From a virus, in IMG/VR virus record IMGVR_UViG_3300012642_000011, positions 1 to 64,000 of that record: 64,000 nt of DNA. The stretch is one strand, 5' to 3'. This document shows, piece after piece, positions 19,100-29,718 of the stretch. The translations under genes were made by a program, and so were the position numbers. Under the pieces are notes generated by a model. That model made no database searches. It was not told the DNA's origin and saw nothing but the letters and a program-made list of their open reading frames with translations. Positions within the stretch are counted from its first letter, which is position 1, and every line of letters begins with the position of its first letter.

Positions 19100-20623
19100 T
19101 TGCACATGAGACTCTTCAGTAAAAAGAAACAATCTGATCACGCATCTCCTGATGTGCTCAGAGATAGCGCAGATGAGATCATAGAATCAAGAGAATACAA
19201 TAATGCCACTGAAGAAGTGTCTCTTTATATTGGAAGAAATACCACAGATGCAAAGTGCGTGTTCATTGCTTTCAAAGACAATACGAAAGCAACAGTACTA
19301 GTATCATTAAGTGAGATTAAAGGAGTTCTTACAGATTACAAGCCTTATTCTTTGAAGAAGAGGTTAGTGATCAACGGGTACTCTGAAGATGACGCTGAGA
19401 GGATTTCCCGTATGGAGTCATCTTCAGAGTGGGTTGATTTCCCAGAATTGCTGAGAAACGAAATAGGTGAGACTCTGGCAAGAGAGTACTTAGAACATAC
19501 TCTTGTTGCGCAACTGCATTACTTGAACACAAAAGAGGTTACTGAATCCTATATTGATTTCCTTTCTGAAGAGCAACAAGAGGCTCTTCAATCTTGGAAT
19601 GAGCCATCCATTGCTGCACATGAGTTAAGTGACATGGTGGAGTACACTTATACAACAAGAATGACGCAATCCAAAAGAGTTGTATCAGCAGATTACGATG
19701 ATGCAGAAGTAATACTTACCATTACCACTGACATTAATGATACCTCTTCCCCTATTCTTAAAATTATTGATCAGATGGACGATCCTGTTACAATTGATAG
19801 TATCATTAAGAACACAGAGGACTACTATCCTGCATATTATGTGTATGAGAATATTTCCTCCCTTGATGCTTCAGGAGATATTGAGATCAGATTCCCTGAC
19901 TCATTAGAAGACAATCTTCCAGAAGATGAGCCAATCGCTGAAACAATTGATGAGTTGACTGATAATGATGGCGAAAGTACTCAAGAGCACATTGATGACT
20001 TGATTTCAGAACAGGCAGGGACAGATTGGTTCATGGAGAATACTTCAACAGGATCGTTGAAGGAAGTATCTGCTTTTGATCTTTCTACATTGATCAGTCG
20101 AGACCCATCATGGGATCACCTTCTTCCTTATGCAAGAAATAACTCGTTTGATGAATCATTGATCAATGACATTGAGTATTTGGATAATCTTGAGGATCAG
20201 GTTGTTCAAAGAGAATCTGAACTGTCTTCAATGGCAAGACAGTATCTTGAAGGACTAGAAGATTATTCCTATTTCGATAACAGCCAGAGTGCTTCTGAGA
20301 AGAAAGATGACATATCTGACTTGTTCTTCCAGATGGAAACACTGGAAACAGAAAGAGACCTCTTGAATGAAGAGAGAATGACTTATCTTAAAAAACTTTC
20401 ACACTTGTTTACTGATGAGACAATTTCCAAGAGGATTGACGCTATTGCCAATGTAGAGAGAATTGCCAAAAGAGACAGCAAGGAAGACAAGTTGGTGGAA
20501 GCAGAGATGTCAGAAGATATGAGATTTGTCAGATCTGATTACACACCTGAAACAAACCCATTGTATTACAAGATATCTAAGATAATGGGTGTAGAAATTT
20601 TTGAGGAGAGCATTGATGTCTGA
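19100..20623 (+). CDS. hypothetical highly acidic protein
   Basis: 507-aa Asp/Glu-rich ORF. No motif recognised. Confidence 0.4.
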   Translation: MHMRLFSKKKQSDHASPDVLRDSADEIIESREYNNATEEVSLYIGRNTTDAKCVFIAFKDNTKATVLVSLSEIKGVLTDYKPYSLKKRLVINGYSEDDAERISRMESSSEWVDFPELLRNEIGETLAREYLEHTLVAQLHYLNTKEVTESYIDFLSEEQQEALQSWNEPSIAAHELSDMVEYTYTTRMTQSKRVVSADYDDAEVILTITTDINDTSSPILKIIDQMDDPVTIDSIIKNTEDYYPAYYVYENISSLDASGDIEIRFPDSLEDNLPEDEPIAETIDELTDNDGESTQEHIDDLISEQAGTDWFMENTSTGSLKEVSAFDLSTLISRDPSWDHLLPYARNNSFDESLINDIEYLDNLEDQVVQRESELSSMARQYLEGLEDYSYFDNSQSASEKKDDISDLFFQMETLETERDLLNEERMTYLKKLSHLFTDETISKRIDAIANVERIAKRDSKEDKLVEAEMSEDMRFVRSDYTPETNPLYYKISKIMGVEIFEESIDV

Positions 20624-23171
20624 AGAGAACAAAGTTAAAGAAGAAAACGTCGATTACAAGCCTACGATACTTTTCATTCTTGCCATTCTGTTTGCACCTG
20701 GTGTTATCTTGGGCATTCTTCAGCACCATCTCATGTTGAGGCAATTCAGGCAGAGACTCATCATTATTGGGATAACATCATTGGCAATGATTCTTGCCGG
20801 AGTGATAACTATTATCTCCACGGATGCTTTCTCAAAGGCTATGGGATTCTTCACCAGTATTGGTAAACCCCATAATTCATTTGGAGACTTGATTCCCCTC
20901 GGCATTGGTGTCAACCTTATTGTTGCAGCCATCATAGGGTTCTCATTGAGTGTTGAAAGAGTTAAGATGATGAAGGATCAACCGCACTTGACGCACCTGA
21001 AATCAAGCGGTTGGATGTATAATTTCCAATTCAGAAGAACTCCATTTGAAAGCATGAAAAGAAAGAAGACTGTAGAGAGTCTAAAGAATTCAGAGTTGAC
21101 AACAGAGGACGCTTCTCCTTTAGGTATCAGTGAAGAACATAAATCTAGAGACAAAGTTATTTGCAGGTATATGGAAGAAGCCAACAGAGGAACCATTGTC
21201 ACAGGTGGTGTAGGTTCAGGTAAAACAATCACATTGCTTTCTATGGTTCTTGCTGACATGATGGCAAACAGGTCAGTAATATATATTGACTTTAAATCTG
21301 ATCCATCCAATGCTGCGGTCATGGCGAAATGGGCTAAAGAATTCAATATGAACTTCTATCATTTTATTGGTGGATCAGCAAAGAATTATAGGATTCCTAA
21401 TTCCGATGGTCAGTCTCCTTATGACCCGCTTGTATCAGGTGGATCTTCCAAGGCCGATATGTTGCTTGGCATGAGGGATTATGATACTAATGCCGCCGTC
21501 TACAAGGAAGCAATGAGGCAGTTGCTTCAAACATTAATCAATGGTCTTAGTGTTGCAGACAGGAAAACCGCTCCTCATATTGATTGGGATCATGGTGAAA
21601 TATATAAGGTTTATTCTGCAGTAGAAAGTGACTCAAGTTTTATTACTCTTGGTGAGAGTGTTAAAAAGCATCATCCAGAAATAGGTATCCCATTCATGCA
21701 GGTTGCAGAAGCAATCCAGTCGTCTAAGAGCACATTGCATCAGGCTTTTGGAGAACTTCAGGGAACGTTGAGAACAATGATTGCTTCAGGATATGGTCAA
21801 TGGCTGAAAACATCTTCAGAAAGCACAAACAACATCAATCTATTTGAATTGACCAAGACTGGTGGAAATGTTGTTCTTTTCTCCATTGACGCTGATGGTT
21901 CTCCTGACTTTTCAAAGTATTTTGGATCTTTGATCATGGCAGATCTTGCTCAGGTATCTGCAAAGAGAAGAAACAATACTATCAATAATCAGGTTTGTGT
22001 GTACATTGATGAGTTCCAAGCAGTTGACCCCCAAGTACTCAGACCATTGTTGGAGAAAGCACGTTCATCTTATCTTGCTATGACTATTGCTTCTCAGTCT
22101 TTTGAGCAGGTCATTGCTGCAGCAGGCTCTAATGGAGAAGCACAGTTGAACTCTATTCTGGATACAGTGGCAAACTATTTCATTCATGGTGGTTCAGCAC
22201 AAAGTTCAGCAGAGCGAGTTAGTAAAGTCATTGGTCAGGAAAGAGTGACGCGATACTCTCAAACCAATATGTCAAAGACAGGATTCTTCTCCCTTAACTT
22301 CAAGAACAAGAGAAACAACAATGTGAGGATTGAGGAAGTCGAGGATTGGAAAGTTCCGCCAAGAAAGATGATGGGACTAAGCATGCCTAACCCAAGTAAC
22401 GGTTGGAAGGCCACTGCTATCATTGTGAAGAAGTCTTCTGCTGACCCAAGGCATGATGGCATTGTCGGCGCTGTTGCTGAAGAGTGCTGGATGATCCCTG
22501 CATCCAAGGTTCTTGAGAGAGTTGAACTTCCTCCTGTTGTAGATGAGGACGGAGATTTCGTTTCTGAAAACGGTGATCACTATGATGATTCAGATTTTGA
22601 TACCGCATATAATGATGTTGATGCAGAACATGTATCTCAAGTGAGTTATGATGAGTATTATGGTCAGATGAATGAAAGTGATGAGATCATTGATGATGAT
22701 GATTTCACCATTTCTCGAATAGAAGAAGGTGAAATCATCAATGAGGGCATAGAGCAGATTGATGACACAGAGTATCAGCCTTCCAAAAAGGAACCGGAGC
22801 CTCTTGTAGATTCTGGTAATTTCTTTGAATCTCCTGATGCTGCACAGCATATTATAAACCAAAGAAAAGAAAGAGTTAAGAGGGAATTGCCCGCAAAGGA
22901 ATCTTTGATTTCTGATTCAAGGAGAAGCACATCTTCATCTGAAAAGAAGAGTGATCCCACGGTTGCAAAGACGGAGGAGGAGATTTTGAGTAAGGAAAAG
23001 ATGGATTTTTCTGCTCTTTCAGAATCTCCTTTCAAGTCTCGTGCTGATTCTTCTCGTCATGATCAGAGTGTGAGTAGCGCAGTTGATCATTCAGCAATGC
23101 GTTCTGTGTCTACTTTGAGTTCTATGTCATTTGATGATGAAGAAAGTGATGATCTTCCAGATGATGATTAA
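20601..23171 (+). CDS. FtsK/VirD4/TraD-like type IV coupling protein (TcpA-like). N-terminal TM helices, acidic C-terminal tail.
   Basis: Walker A TGGVGSGKTIT and Walker B VYIDEFQ. N-terminal membrane segments. A likely start is ATG 20616, after GAGGAGAG. Ends ...SDDLPDDD. Confidence 0.65.
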   Translation: MRRALMSEENKVKEENVDYKPTILFILAILFAPGVILGILQHHLMLRQFRQRLIIIGITSLAMILAGVITIISTDAFSKAMGFFTSIGKPHNSFGDLIPLGIGVNLIVAAIIGFSLSVERVKMMKDQPHLTHLKSSGWMYNFQFRRTPFESMKRKKTVESLKNSELTTEDASPLGISEEHKSRDKVICRYMEEANRGTIVTGGVGSGKTITLLSMVLADMMANRSVIYIDFKSDPSNAAVMAKWAKEFNMNFYHFIGGSAKNYRIPNSDGQSPYDPLVSGGSSKADMLLGMRDYDTNAAVYKEAMRQLLQTLINGLSVADRKTAPHIDWDHGEIYKVYSAVESDSSFITLGESVKKHHPEIGIPFMQVAEAIQSSKSTLHQAFGELQGTLRTMIASGYGQWLKTSSESTNNINLFELTKTGGNVVLFSIDADGSPDFSKYFGSLIMADLAQVSAKRRNNTINNQVCVYIDEFQAVDPQVLRPLLEKARSSYLAMTIASQSFEQVIAAAGSNGEAQLNSILDTVANYFIHGGSAQSSAERVSKVIGQERVTRYSQTNMSKTGFFSLNFKNKRNNNVRIEEVEDWKVPPRKMMGLSMPNPSNGWKATAIIVKKSSADPRHDGIVGAVAEECWMIPASKVLERVELPPVVDEDGDFVSENGDHYDDSDFDTAYNDVDAEHVSQVSYDEYYGQMNESDEIIDDDDFTISRIEEGEIINEGIEQIDDTEYQPSKKEPEPLVDSGNFFESPDAAQHIINQRKERVKRELPAKESLISDSRRSTSSSEKKSDPTVAKTEEEILSKEKMDFSALSESPFKSRADSSRHDQSVSSAVDHSAMRSVSTLSSMSFDDEESDDLPDDD

Positions 23172-23234
23172 TTATAAGGGTACCACATCAATGATATTGT
23201 TTTCATCAGATTATTTATCCATTTAGGAGCAGGA

Positions 23235-24830
23235 ATGGCACTTCCAAAGAAAAACGAAAGAAACTTTAACCTACCTCAGCCAAGTAGGCCAAAGATGAAT
23301 GAAGGATCGGATTTCCATATTGAATTTGAGGATGATGATCTCCCTGATGACACAATCAATTTGAAGCCTAGGCCAAAAACGCCATATGATGAGACTCCTG
23401 ATGTACCTGATGTGAAATCAAGAGAAGATTCTATGGTTGATGAGTCAAGTGATAATGATGAAGATGCTTTTGAATCAATTTCTTTTGATCAGTTTGAGCA
23501 AGAGGAAAAAGATTTCAACGATAGTGTTGAATATAGCAAACAGACATTGGACGAAATTGCGAGGATGCGTGAGGATTCAAGAGATGCCCCTGATCAGGCA
23601 AAGATCAACAGGGTGAGGAAGCAACGAGATTTAAGGCAAAGAGAAGGGACATCTAATGCTTTGAAGGAAACTAAGGCTTCTTTGAAGCAGAAGAGTCCTT
23701 CTTCAAGAGGCAAAGATCCTCAAGGAAGAGATGAGTTCATTGATAAGGACAAAAAGAAGATCCTCCCCTTTGGTGGCATGGTTGTCAGGGAAAGTCGATA
23801 TGACACCCGAGAAAATCTTGAGAAGAAGCGTAAACTTGTCAGAAATCTTGTCCTAGGATTGATAGCACTTATTGCGGCTATAGTGCTTAAGAATGTTTTT
23901 TTCCCTCCAAAAAACTATAATGAAGAAGAAATCAGAGGCATTGCTAATAGTGAGTTTGGTCGAACAGGATTCCCTGTTGAGGGTGGTGGAGCATTCGCTA
24001 CTCAATTCATTGAAGCATATTTGACAAATGGCAACAAGGGTACTGATAGTATTCTTTCAGATTATCAGAACGGTCAATCTGCTAATGGTTCTGCGCGAAG
24101 AAGTATTGGTGCAGGGATTAAACAATCTCCTGTGGATGGTGCTGTTATTTACCAACAGAATGCTTTAAGCCCTAACAGTGCAAGTTATATCATTGGTGTA
24201 AATGTGCAGAGAACTATCACTACTGAGCAGGCTTCAAACTCCAAGTCAAAGCCAAAGACAGAGACTGTAGTGGACAGAGAGTTCTATAACGTGAATGTGT
24301 ACTACAACTCCGTAACAGGAATGTACTCTATTGCTGAAGGTTCTCCTACATTGGTTGCGCCAGTGGGAATTGGATCTCCTGCCGATAATCCAAAGGCTTT
24401 GATGGTTGGAAATGGAACCGCCAATTCTGAAATTGGGGAAGATGCAAGAGCAACTGTAGAAGGATTCGTCAAGGCTTACATGTCATCATCTCCTCAAGAC
24501 TATAAGAGTCTTCAGCAGTATACTGTATCTGATCCTCCCGTCACGCTGAAGAGCGGTTTTGACAATGCTTATCAACTGGGTTCAGAAACAATTCAGTATA
24601 CATTGTATGAGACAGATGATCCCACTGTGTTCAAGGTTGTTGCAGATCTGAACTTGAAGAAGCAGGTTACTCCTGCAGGAGAAAAGCCTGCAGCCGATGA
24701 TAATAGTGGAACTAACACTACTTCCCACAGTTCTAAATATGTAATCACTATAAAGAAGGGTGGAGAAAAGTATTTGGTGAGCGATTTTAGACCTTATTTG
24801 TATATTGCTGATCCAAATACAGAAAATTAA
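23235..24830 (+). CDS. bitopic membrane protein with acidic N-terminal cytoplasmic region and large extracytoplasmic domain (possible transfer-apparatus component)
   Basis: TM LVLGLIALIAAIVL. N-terminus contains EDDDLPDDT. Sits directly downstream of the coupling protein. Confidence 0.4.
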   Translation: MALPKKNERNFNLPQPSRPKMNEGSDFHIEFEDDDLPDDTINLKPRPKTPYDETPDVPDVKSREDSMVDESSDNDEDAFESISFDQFEQEEKDFNDSVEYSKQTLDEIARMREDSRDAPDQAKINRVRKQRDLRQREGTSNALKETKASLKQKSPSSRGKDPQGRDEFIDKDKKKILPFGGMVVRESRYDTRENLEKKRKLVRNLVLGLIALIAAIVLKNVFFPPKNYNEEEIRGIANSEFGRTGFPVEGGGAFATQFIEAYLTNGNKGTDSILSDYQNGQSANGSARRSIGAGIKQSPVDGAVIYQQNALSPNSASYIIGVNVQRTITTEQASNSKSKPKTETVVDREFYNVNVYYNSVTGMYSIAEGSPTLVAPVGIGSPADNPKALMVGNGTANSEIGEDARATVEGFVKAYMSSSPQDYKSLQQYTVSDPPVTLKSGFDNAYQLGSETIQYTLYETDDPTVFKVVADLNLKKQVTPAGEKPAADDNSGTNTTSHSSKYVITIKKGGEKYLVSDFRPYLYIADPNTEN

Positions 24831-24957
24831 TAAGGAAGTTATTAGAAAATAAATCGCATTCAATAAATCTTCTTAGATATTGTATGTAGGGGATTCTGAA
24901 TGGCGCTGATGAGGAAGACCCTTTCTGATCAGAAAACTATTAACGGAGTGATAAACA

Positions 24958-25245
24958 ATGGAAATTCTTGCAATTGCAAATGACCTTATCTTTGTACAGG
25001 GACAGGGACTGGGAAACCTTACCAACACTGTCATCAGTGACTGGCTTGGACCAGCTTTCATCGCCATCATCGCTGTTATTGCCATCACGCTTGCCGTGAG
25101 GAAACAGGTTATGGGCTTCCTGACATTCGCACTTATCGCTGTGATCGCGTCTCTCTTCATCTTCAGTGGAGACTCACTCTTTGGCGAGAAGGGAAACCTA
25201 TCAGGTGCGGGTAAGAGCGTTATAGATGAAGTAAGTGGTAACTGA
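24958..25245 (+). CDS. small 2-TM membrane protein (VirB2/TrbC-pilin-like size and topology, speculative)
   Basis: 95 aa with two long hydrophobic helices. Confidence 0.3.
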   Translation: MEILAIANDLIFVQGQGLGNLTNTVISDWLGPAFIAIIAVIAITLAVRKQVMGFLTFALIAVIASLFIFSGDSLFGEKGNLSGAGKSVIDEVSGN

Positions 25246-25271
25246 TTCGTCTCATAATGCGGATAGATAGT

Positions 25272-25306
25272 GGAGAGGTGGCATTTAGCCACCTCTCCTT
25301 ATTTTA
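25272..25306 (+). terminator. rho-independent terminator
   Basis: ggagaggtggc-attta-gccacctctcc followed by ttatttta. Confidence 0.65.
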
Positions 25307-25355
25307 TGATATTGATTTTTATCATGGAAAATATTGATTTTTAAGGAGAACAGGG

Positions 25356-26741
25356 ATGGCAGGAAGAGATAAGGCCAAGAGCAAAAATCGTGAGCCAAGG
25401 AAGAAAGGAAAGGTGCTAGACATTGCCATCAATGGAATCATAGACAACATCACATTCTCCAAAAAAGATGTTTATGCCTATTACAAAATCAGTACTATGT
25501 CCTTTGACTTTCTTGATATACAGCAGCGAATCTCAACAGCATTGATGACAGGCAGGGCGCTATCTTCCCTTGCCCTCAATTCTGATCAAGAACTCGAAAT
25601 CCAAATTATTGCTACACACGTCCCTATTGACATTGATGCATGGAGAGCACAGATTGAAGTGGAATCTGAAGGATGGGAAACATCTCCTGAACTAAGCAAC
25701 TACCTTGATGCTCAGGATGCATTCCTTGAAAGAGAGGCATTTACTAAGAAGACAACATACATTGGAGTGAAGATTGCCAATAGAGGTGCTCTTGACATTC
25801 CCAATGTGTTTGAAGCTGGATTGGTAGAAGCAAAGAATTATATTTACGATCTCATTGATAAAATCGCTTCCCCACCTGGCAGCAAAATCTCAGAAGAAGA
25901 AGAAAGAGCAATGAGAAGAAGAGAACAAGACTTCTTTAGAGTGATCAGCACAGGCGACTTCAAGGCGGAAAGAGCAACAACAGAAGAAATCCTCCTCATG
26001 GTTAAAAGACCACTTTATCCTGGTATGCCTTCCCCTTACTTGCTTGTCAGCGATAAGACCAGAGTGGGTCCTGGAGACATTGCCAGAGAGGTCGGATCTC
26101 ATATTGAAAAGAAGTGGAATCACTTGAAGTTCACTCAAATGTTTGAGGACATTGAACTTGAAGGATACAGAGCATCTCTTGTTTTTGAGAAGTTCCCAGA
26201 CACTTTCAATTTCCCTGGTATGCCACCATTTCTCTACTACTCTTCCATGCTCAGGGAACCATTCACCTGTTACGGCAGATTTATTTTGGTCCCATCCTCA
26301 AAGATGAGAAGGGAAGTAGAGAAGAAAAGAAAAGAACACAAGGACGAGATGAAGAACATTGAGGCAGGACAGGATAGATATGATGCCCAGATCACGGGAA
26401 TACCATCAGATGCTTACAAGTCTCTCTCTGACATCAATATTCTGAGTGACATTTTGGCATCTGATGCAAGCCCATGGATTGAAGGAAAATTCAGAATTGC
26501 TGTGGAAGCAAGCACCCTTGAAGATTTGAACAAGAAGTGTGCATCCATTATCTCATCTTATGAAAGACACCAAGTGAAGTTGAGAAGGACAGGTGCCGAT
26601 CAAGTAGATGCTCTGCTTGAGCAGATGCCTGGTGACAGGATGAGAGACAAAGACTTTGTTCAACATGCCAACCTTGCCTTCATGGCAACATCGGGATTTA
26701 ATTTCAATTCAGAGGTTGGCGACGAAATTGATGTTGCATGA
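25356..26741 (+). CDS. hypothetical protein (461 aa, no NTP-binding motif)
   Basis: Good RBS AAGGAGA. No recognisable catalytic motif. Sits inside the transfer cluster. Confidence 0.4.
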   Translation: MAGRDKAKSKNREPRKKGKVLDIAINGIIDNITFSKKDVYAYYKISTMSFDFLDIQQRISTALMTGRALSSLALNSDQELEIQIIATHVPIDIDAWRAQIEVESEGWETSPELSNYLDAQDAFLEREAFTKKTTYIGVKIANRGALDIPNVFEAGLVEAKNYIYDLIDKIASPPGSKISEEEERAMRRREQDFFRVISTGDFKAERATTEEILLMVKRPLYPGMPSPYLLVSDKTRVGPGDIAREVGSHIEKKWNHLKFTQMFEDIELEGYRASLVFEKFPDTFNFPGMPPFLYYSSMLREPFTCYGRFILVPSSKMRREVEKKRKEHKDEMKNIEAGQDRYDAQITGIPSDAYKSLSDINILSDILASDASPWIEGKFRIAVEASTLEDLNKKCASIISSYERHQVKLRRTGADQVDALLEQMPGDRMRDKDFVQHANLAFMATSGFNFNSEVGDEIDVA

Positions 26742-26760
26742 GAGGAGAATGTGATCACAT

Positions 26761-27552
26761 ATGGCAAAGAAGTCTTCAGGAATGGGTTTGGGTAACGCGA
26801 TCACGAGTATTGTGGCGTTATTCTTGGTAGGCGGTTTAGTTTACGCTGCCATGAATGTAAACAACGTCAAATCTTCAAAGGATCTCATAGAGAACCTAAG
26901 GAGTCAATCTGATCGATGGTCTCAGTGTGTTACCAGCTGGTTTAAAGATTGTGATTACATTGAAGGCTCTTTGAAGCCAGGTGGTAAGGACAGCAAAGAA
27001 TCTCCCGCTCCAACAAAAGAAGAAGTTGGCAAGATGGAGAACAAACTTAAGGGAATTGCTGTTTCGGCACCAGTGACACAAGGTTATAGCAGATCCGATT
27101 GGAAGCATTGGAGTGATCCAGATGGTAACGGCTGTGATTCTCGACAGGACACCCTTAAACGTGACGGAACTAACATTGCAATGCGATCAGGCACTGCATG
27201 CAGAGTTGAGTCAGGTAAATGGGTTGATCCGTACAGCAATGTAGAGATTACAGACCCAGGTGAACTTGATATTGATCACATCATACCCCTTGAGTACGCA
27301 TCATCTCATGGTGGAGTGAGTTGGGATAAAAATACGAAAGAGTCATTTGCCAACGATCCTTTGAATCTGATTGCTGCATCAGCATCAGAGAACAGAAAGA
27401 AAGGAAGCAAAGGCCCCTCTGAGTACATGCCACCCAATAAGTCACTCCATTGCGATTATGCTGTCTCATGGATCACTGTGGCAGATAAGTACAAAGTATC
27501 CGTCACAGAAGACGATAAAAAGGAATTGTCTAAAGCTCTTGCTACCTGCTGA
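26761..27552 (+). CDS. membrane-anchored secreted HNH/DUF1524-type endonuclease
   Basis: N-terminal signal anchor ITSIVALFLVGGLVYAAM. ...DIDHIIPL...W...NL...ASENRKKG is an HNH-like motif set. Confidence 0.5.
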   Translation: MAKKSSGMGLGNAITSIVALFLVGGLVYAAMNVNNVKSSKDLIENLRSQSDRWSQCVTSWFKDCDYIEGSLKPGGKDSKESPAPTKEEVGKMENKLKGIAVSAPVTQGYSRSDWKHWSDPDGNGCDSRQDTLKRDGTNIAMRSGTACRVESGKWVDPYSNVEITDPGELDIDHIIPLEYASSHGGVSWDKNTKESFANDPLNLIAASASENRKKGSKGPSEYMPPNKSLHCDYAVSWITVADKYKVSVTEDDKKELSKALATC

Positions 27553-27572
27553 GTTTTAAAAAGGAGATAAGA

Positions 27573-28460
27573 ATGGCTACTATGACTAAGAGATCAAATT
27601 CACGTGTGGAGAAGATCAAATCTGATTTGAGAAAACAGAAATCTCAAGAGGAAGCAGAAAGTAAAAAATATACTGTTGCTACTGAAGAGATGGATGTCAA
27701 TGCCAAACTTGAACTTTTGAAAAGGTACAATAGGGAAGACCTTGCAGAACTTTTCAAAGAGGAATGGAAGCCAAGAAGATCTCCTGCTAAAAAACGAGGC
27801 GCTCCCCTCGATCAGAGAGTTACTATCACAGTTACTGATTCAGAGAGGACATCTTTAGACAATGAGATTGAAAAGATTAAGAAGATTGGCGAGAAAACCT
27901 CTATGGCCGAGATCATCAGATCAAGGTCCATTGCCAGCATCGATCTCCCACATTGGAGAGATAGGGCAGAGAAGGCTTTAGAGGAACTAGACGACATTGA
28001 GAAGAACAAGAACGCTCTTCAGAAAGAACGTTTTGCTGCCTATGACATGATGGACAACGAAGAAGATGAAGATGAAGTATACATGCATCAGAAAAGGATC
28101 AGCGAAATCGATGATAAACTGGGTAAACTTATTTCACAAAAAGTAAAAAGATCCAATCGTCTTTCTGGAAGAATGTCCACAGCAGAAGCAGAGACAATCA
28201 AATGGAGAGCACAGAGATTAATGATCTCATCATCTGATTACTTAAGAATGATGATCTTCGCTTTGGAACCTAATAGTATCTCTGATGCCCACCTTAGTCT
28301 TGACGCAAAAAGAAGGTTCTACATATCTATCATTGATGTGGCCGAGAATGGTTGGGGAGATGTCCCCAAGATCTACAATTGCTCACAATGCATGAATTAT
28401 TTAGATCTCATTAGGAACCTTAGAGAAGAACTTGACAAGATCAAGAAGTTTGGAAATTGA
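27573..28460 (+). CDS. basic coiled-coil protein with two ribbon-helix-helix (CopG/MobC-like) repeats
   Basis: RVTITVTDSERTSLDNEIEKI...SMAEIIRSRSIA and RMSTAEAETIKWRAQRLMISSSDYLRMMIF resemble RHH strand-helix-helix units. Confidence 0.3.
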   Translation: MATMTKRSNSRVEKIKSDLRKQKSQEEAESKKYTVATEEMDVNAKLELLKRYNREDLAELFKEEWKPRRSPAKKRGAPLDQRVTITVTDSERTSLDNEIEKIKKIGEKTSMAEIIRSRSIASIDLPHWRDRAEKALEELDDIEKNKNALQKERFAAYDMMDNEEDEDEVYMHQKRISEIDDKLGKLISQKVKRSNRLSGRMSTAEAETIKWRAQRLMISSSDYLRMMIFALEPNSISDAHLSLDAKRRFYISIIDVAENGWGDVPKIYNCSQCMNYLDLIRNLREELDKIKKFGN

Positions 28461-28491
28461 TCATTGTTTCTGCCATGGAGGATAGCACACA

Positions 28492-29073
28492 ATGAAACAA
28501 AGAATTATAGATAGGTTCAAGGATGATACAGGTGACTCTTTAGTGAGTTTTATCATTGTCATTGCCATTTTAGCGGTCATGGTGTTCACCATCCCTGATT
28601 TTGCGATCCTTCAGAAAAACCAAGCGGCTATTCAAACGATTGCAAGAGATGGTGCAACTACTGTTGCTGTCCTTGGTGGTAATGAGTCAAGTAAATTGTC
28701 TAAAACTGTAGGCGTAAATGATAACTGTGAAAATTTGAATACAAAGTTGTACAAGGGAAGCACTGTTGGAAAATCTGCCACTGAATGTGAAATCATCAAT
28801 AGGATCTCAGCAGTTGAAGGAAAAGGAATAGGAAACATTGTGATTCACAATGTTCACTGTGCCCCTCGCACAACAACAGAAGTCAATGAGTTGACTTTCT
28901 GTGAAGTAGAATGGGAAAGTCCTGCATTGGCAGGAAGCCTTAGGGCAGCATATCAAGCGATGGCTCCTAAGGCAAAACATTCCAATCTTACATGTGGAAC
29001 AGCAGCAGCAGAAGTGGCAATGAATCCTAATGGTATCAAGTCAACAGAGAAATGTTCTACTTCTGTTGCGTGA
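28492..29073 (+). CDS. TadE/TadF-like pseudopilin
   Basis: N-terminus ...DTGDSLVSFIIVIAILAVMVF. G-D-S-L-V-S precedes a single hydrophobic helix. 193 aa. Confidence 0.5.
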   Translation: MKQRIIDRFKDDTGDSLVSFIIVIAILAVMVFTIPDFAILQKNQAAIQTIARDGATTVAVLGGNESSKLSKTVGVNDNCENLNTKLYKGSTVGKSATECEIINRISAVEGKGIGNIVIHNVHCAPRTTTEVNELTFCEVEWESPALAGSLRAAYQAMAPKAKHSNLTCGTAAAEVAMNPNGIKSTEKCSTSVA

Positions 29074-29118
29074 ATTAGATATTAAAGTAATATAAACCTT
29101 ATTTAATGGGGGATCAAA

Positions 29119-29718
29119 ATGATTTCAAGAATACTTAAAAAACTTAAAAGCGATAGGGGTGATACCCTTGTAAGCATGCTGCTGGTTGTTTTCCCTATGA
29201 TAGTATGTGCTATAAGTCTTCTTGATTTCCACGTATACAATACCAATTCCACTGTGATGACTTCTCTTGCCAAATCAGGTGCTGACTCTGTTGCTTCTTT
29301 CGGATCAACGAAAGCGGAAGATGTTCCAGAGGTGTATACCAAAGTTTCTTATGAACAAGGCGGCATGAAGGGGGCGTGTGATGGGATTGGAAAGAAGAAA
29401 TTCCCAGACGCTGTTGCTTCTAAACCTGTTGAATGTGGAGTATTGAACAGTATTGCCAACGCTGATGGTCATGGAATGGTGAACATTGATGTGAACAAAG
29501 TTGCTTGTGGTCCAGATCAGTCAACAGGCGTAGGTTCAACAATGTGGTGCCAAATTGATTGGACATATGGATCATTCCCTCTTTCATTCTTGAGTTTGCA
29601 AAATGCAATTGAAGGTGAGGAGACAGTTCAACGTACATGTGCTACTGCAGGATCTGAAGTGAAGTTGGCTAAGGGAGAATCTTCTACAACAGAGATGTGC
29701 GGAGGAAAGAATAAATGA
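29119..29718 (+). CDS. TadE/TadF-like pseudopilin (paralog)
   Basis: ...DRGDTLVSMLLVVFPMIVCAISL. Same architecture. Shares Cys-containing C-terminal motifs with 28492. Confidence 0.5.
   Translation: MISRILKKLKSDRGDTLVSMLLVVFPMIVCAISLLDFHVYNTNSTVMTSLAKSGADSVASFGSTKAEDVPEVYTKVSYEQGGMKGACDGIGKKKFPDAVASKPVECGVLNSIANADGHGMVNIDVNKVACGPDQSTGVGSTMWCQIDWTYGSFPLSFLSLQNAIEGEETVQRTCATAGSEVKLAKGESSTTEMCGGKNK

Noticed and set aside
25356-26741. VirB4/TcpF-like ATPase
   Set aside because: Its position would suit a VirB4, but the 461-aa product has no Walker A/B motifs. It is left as hypothetical.
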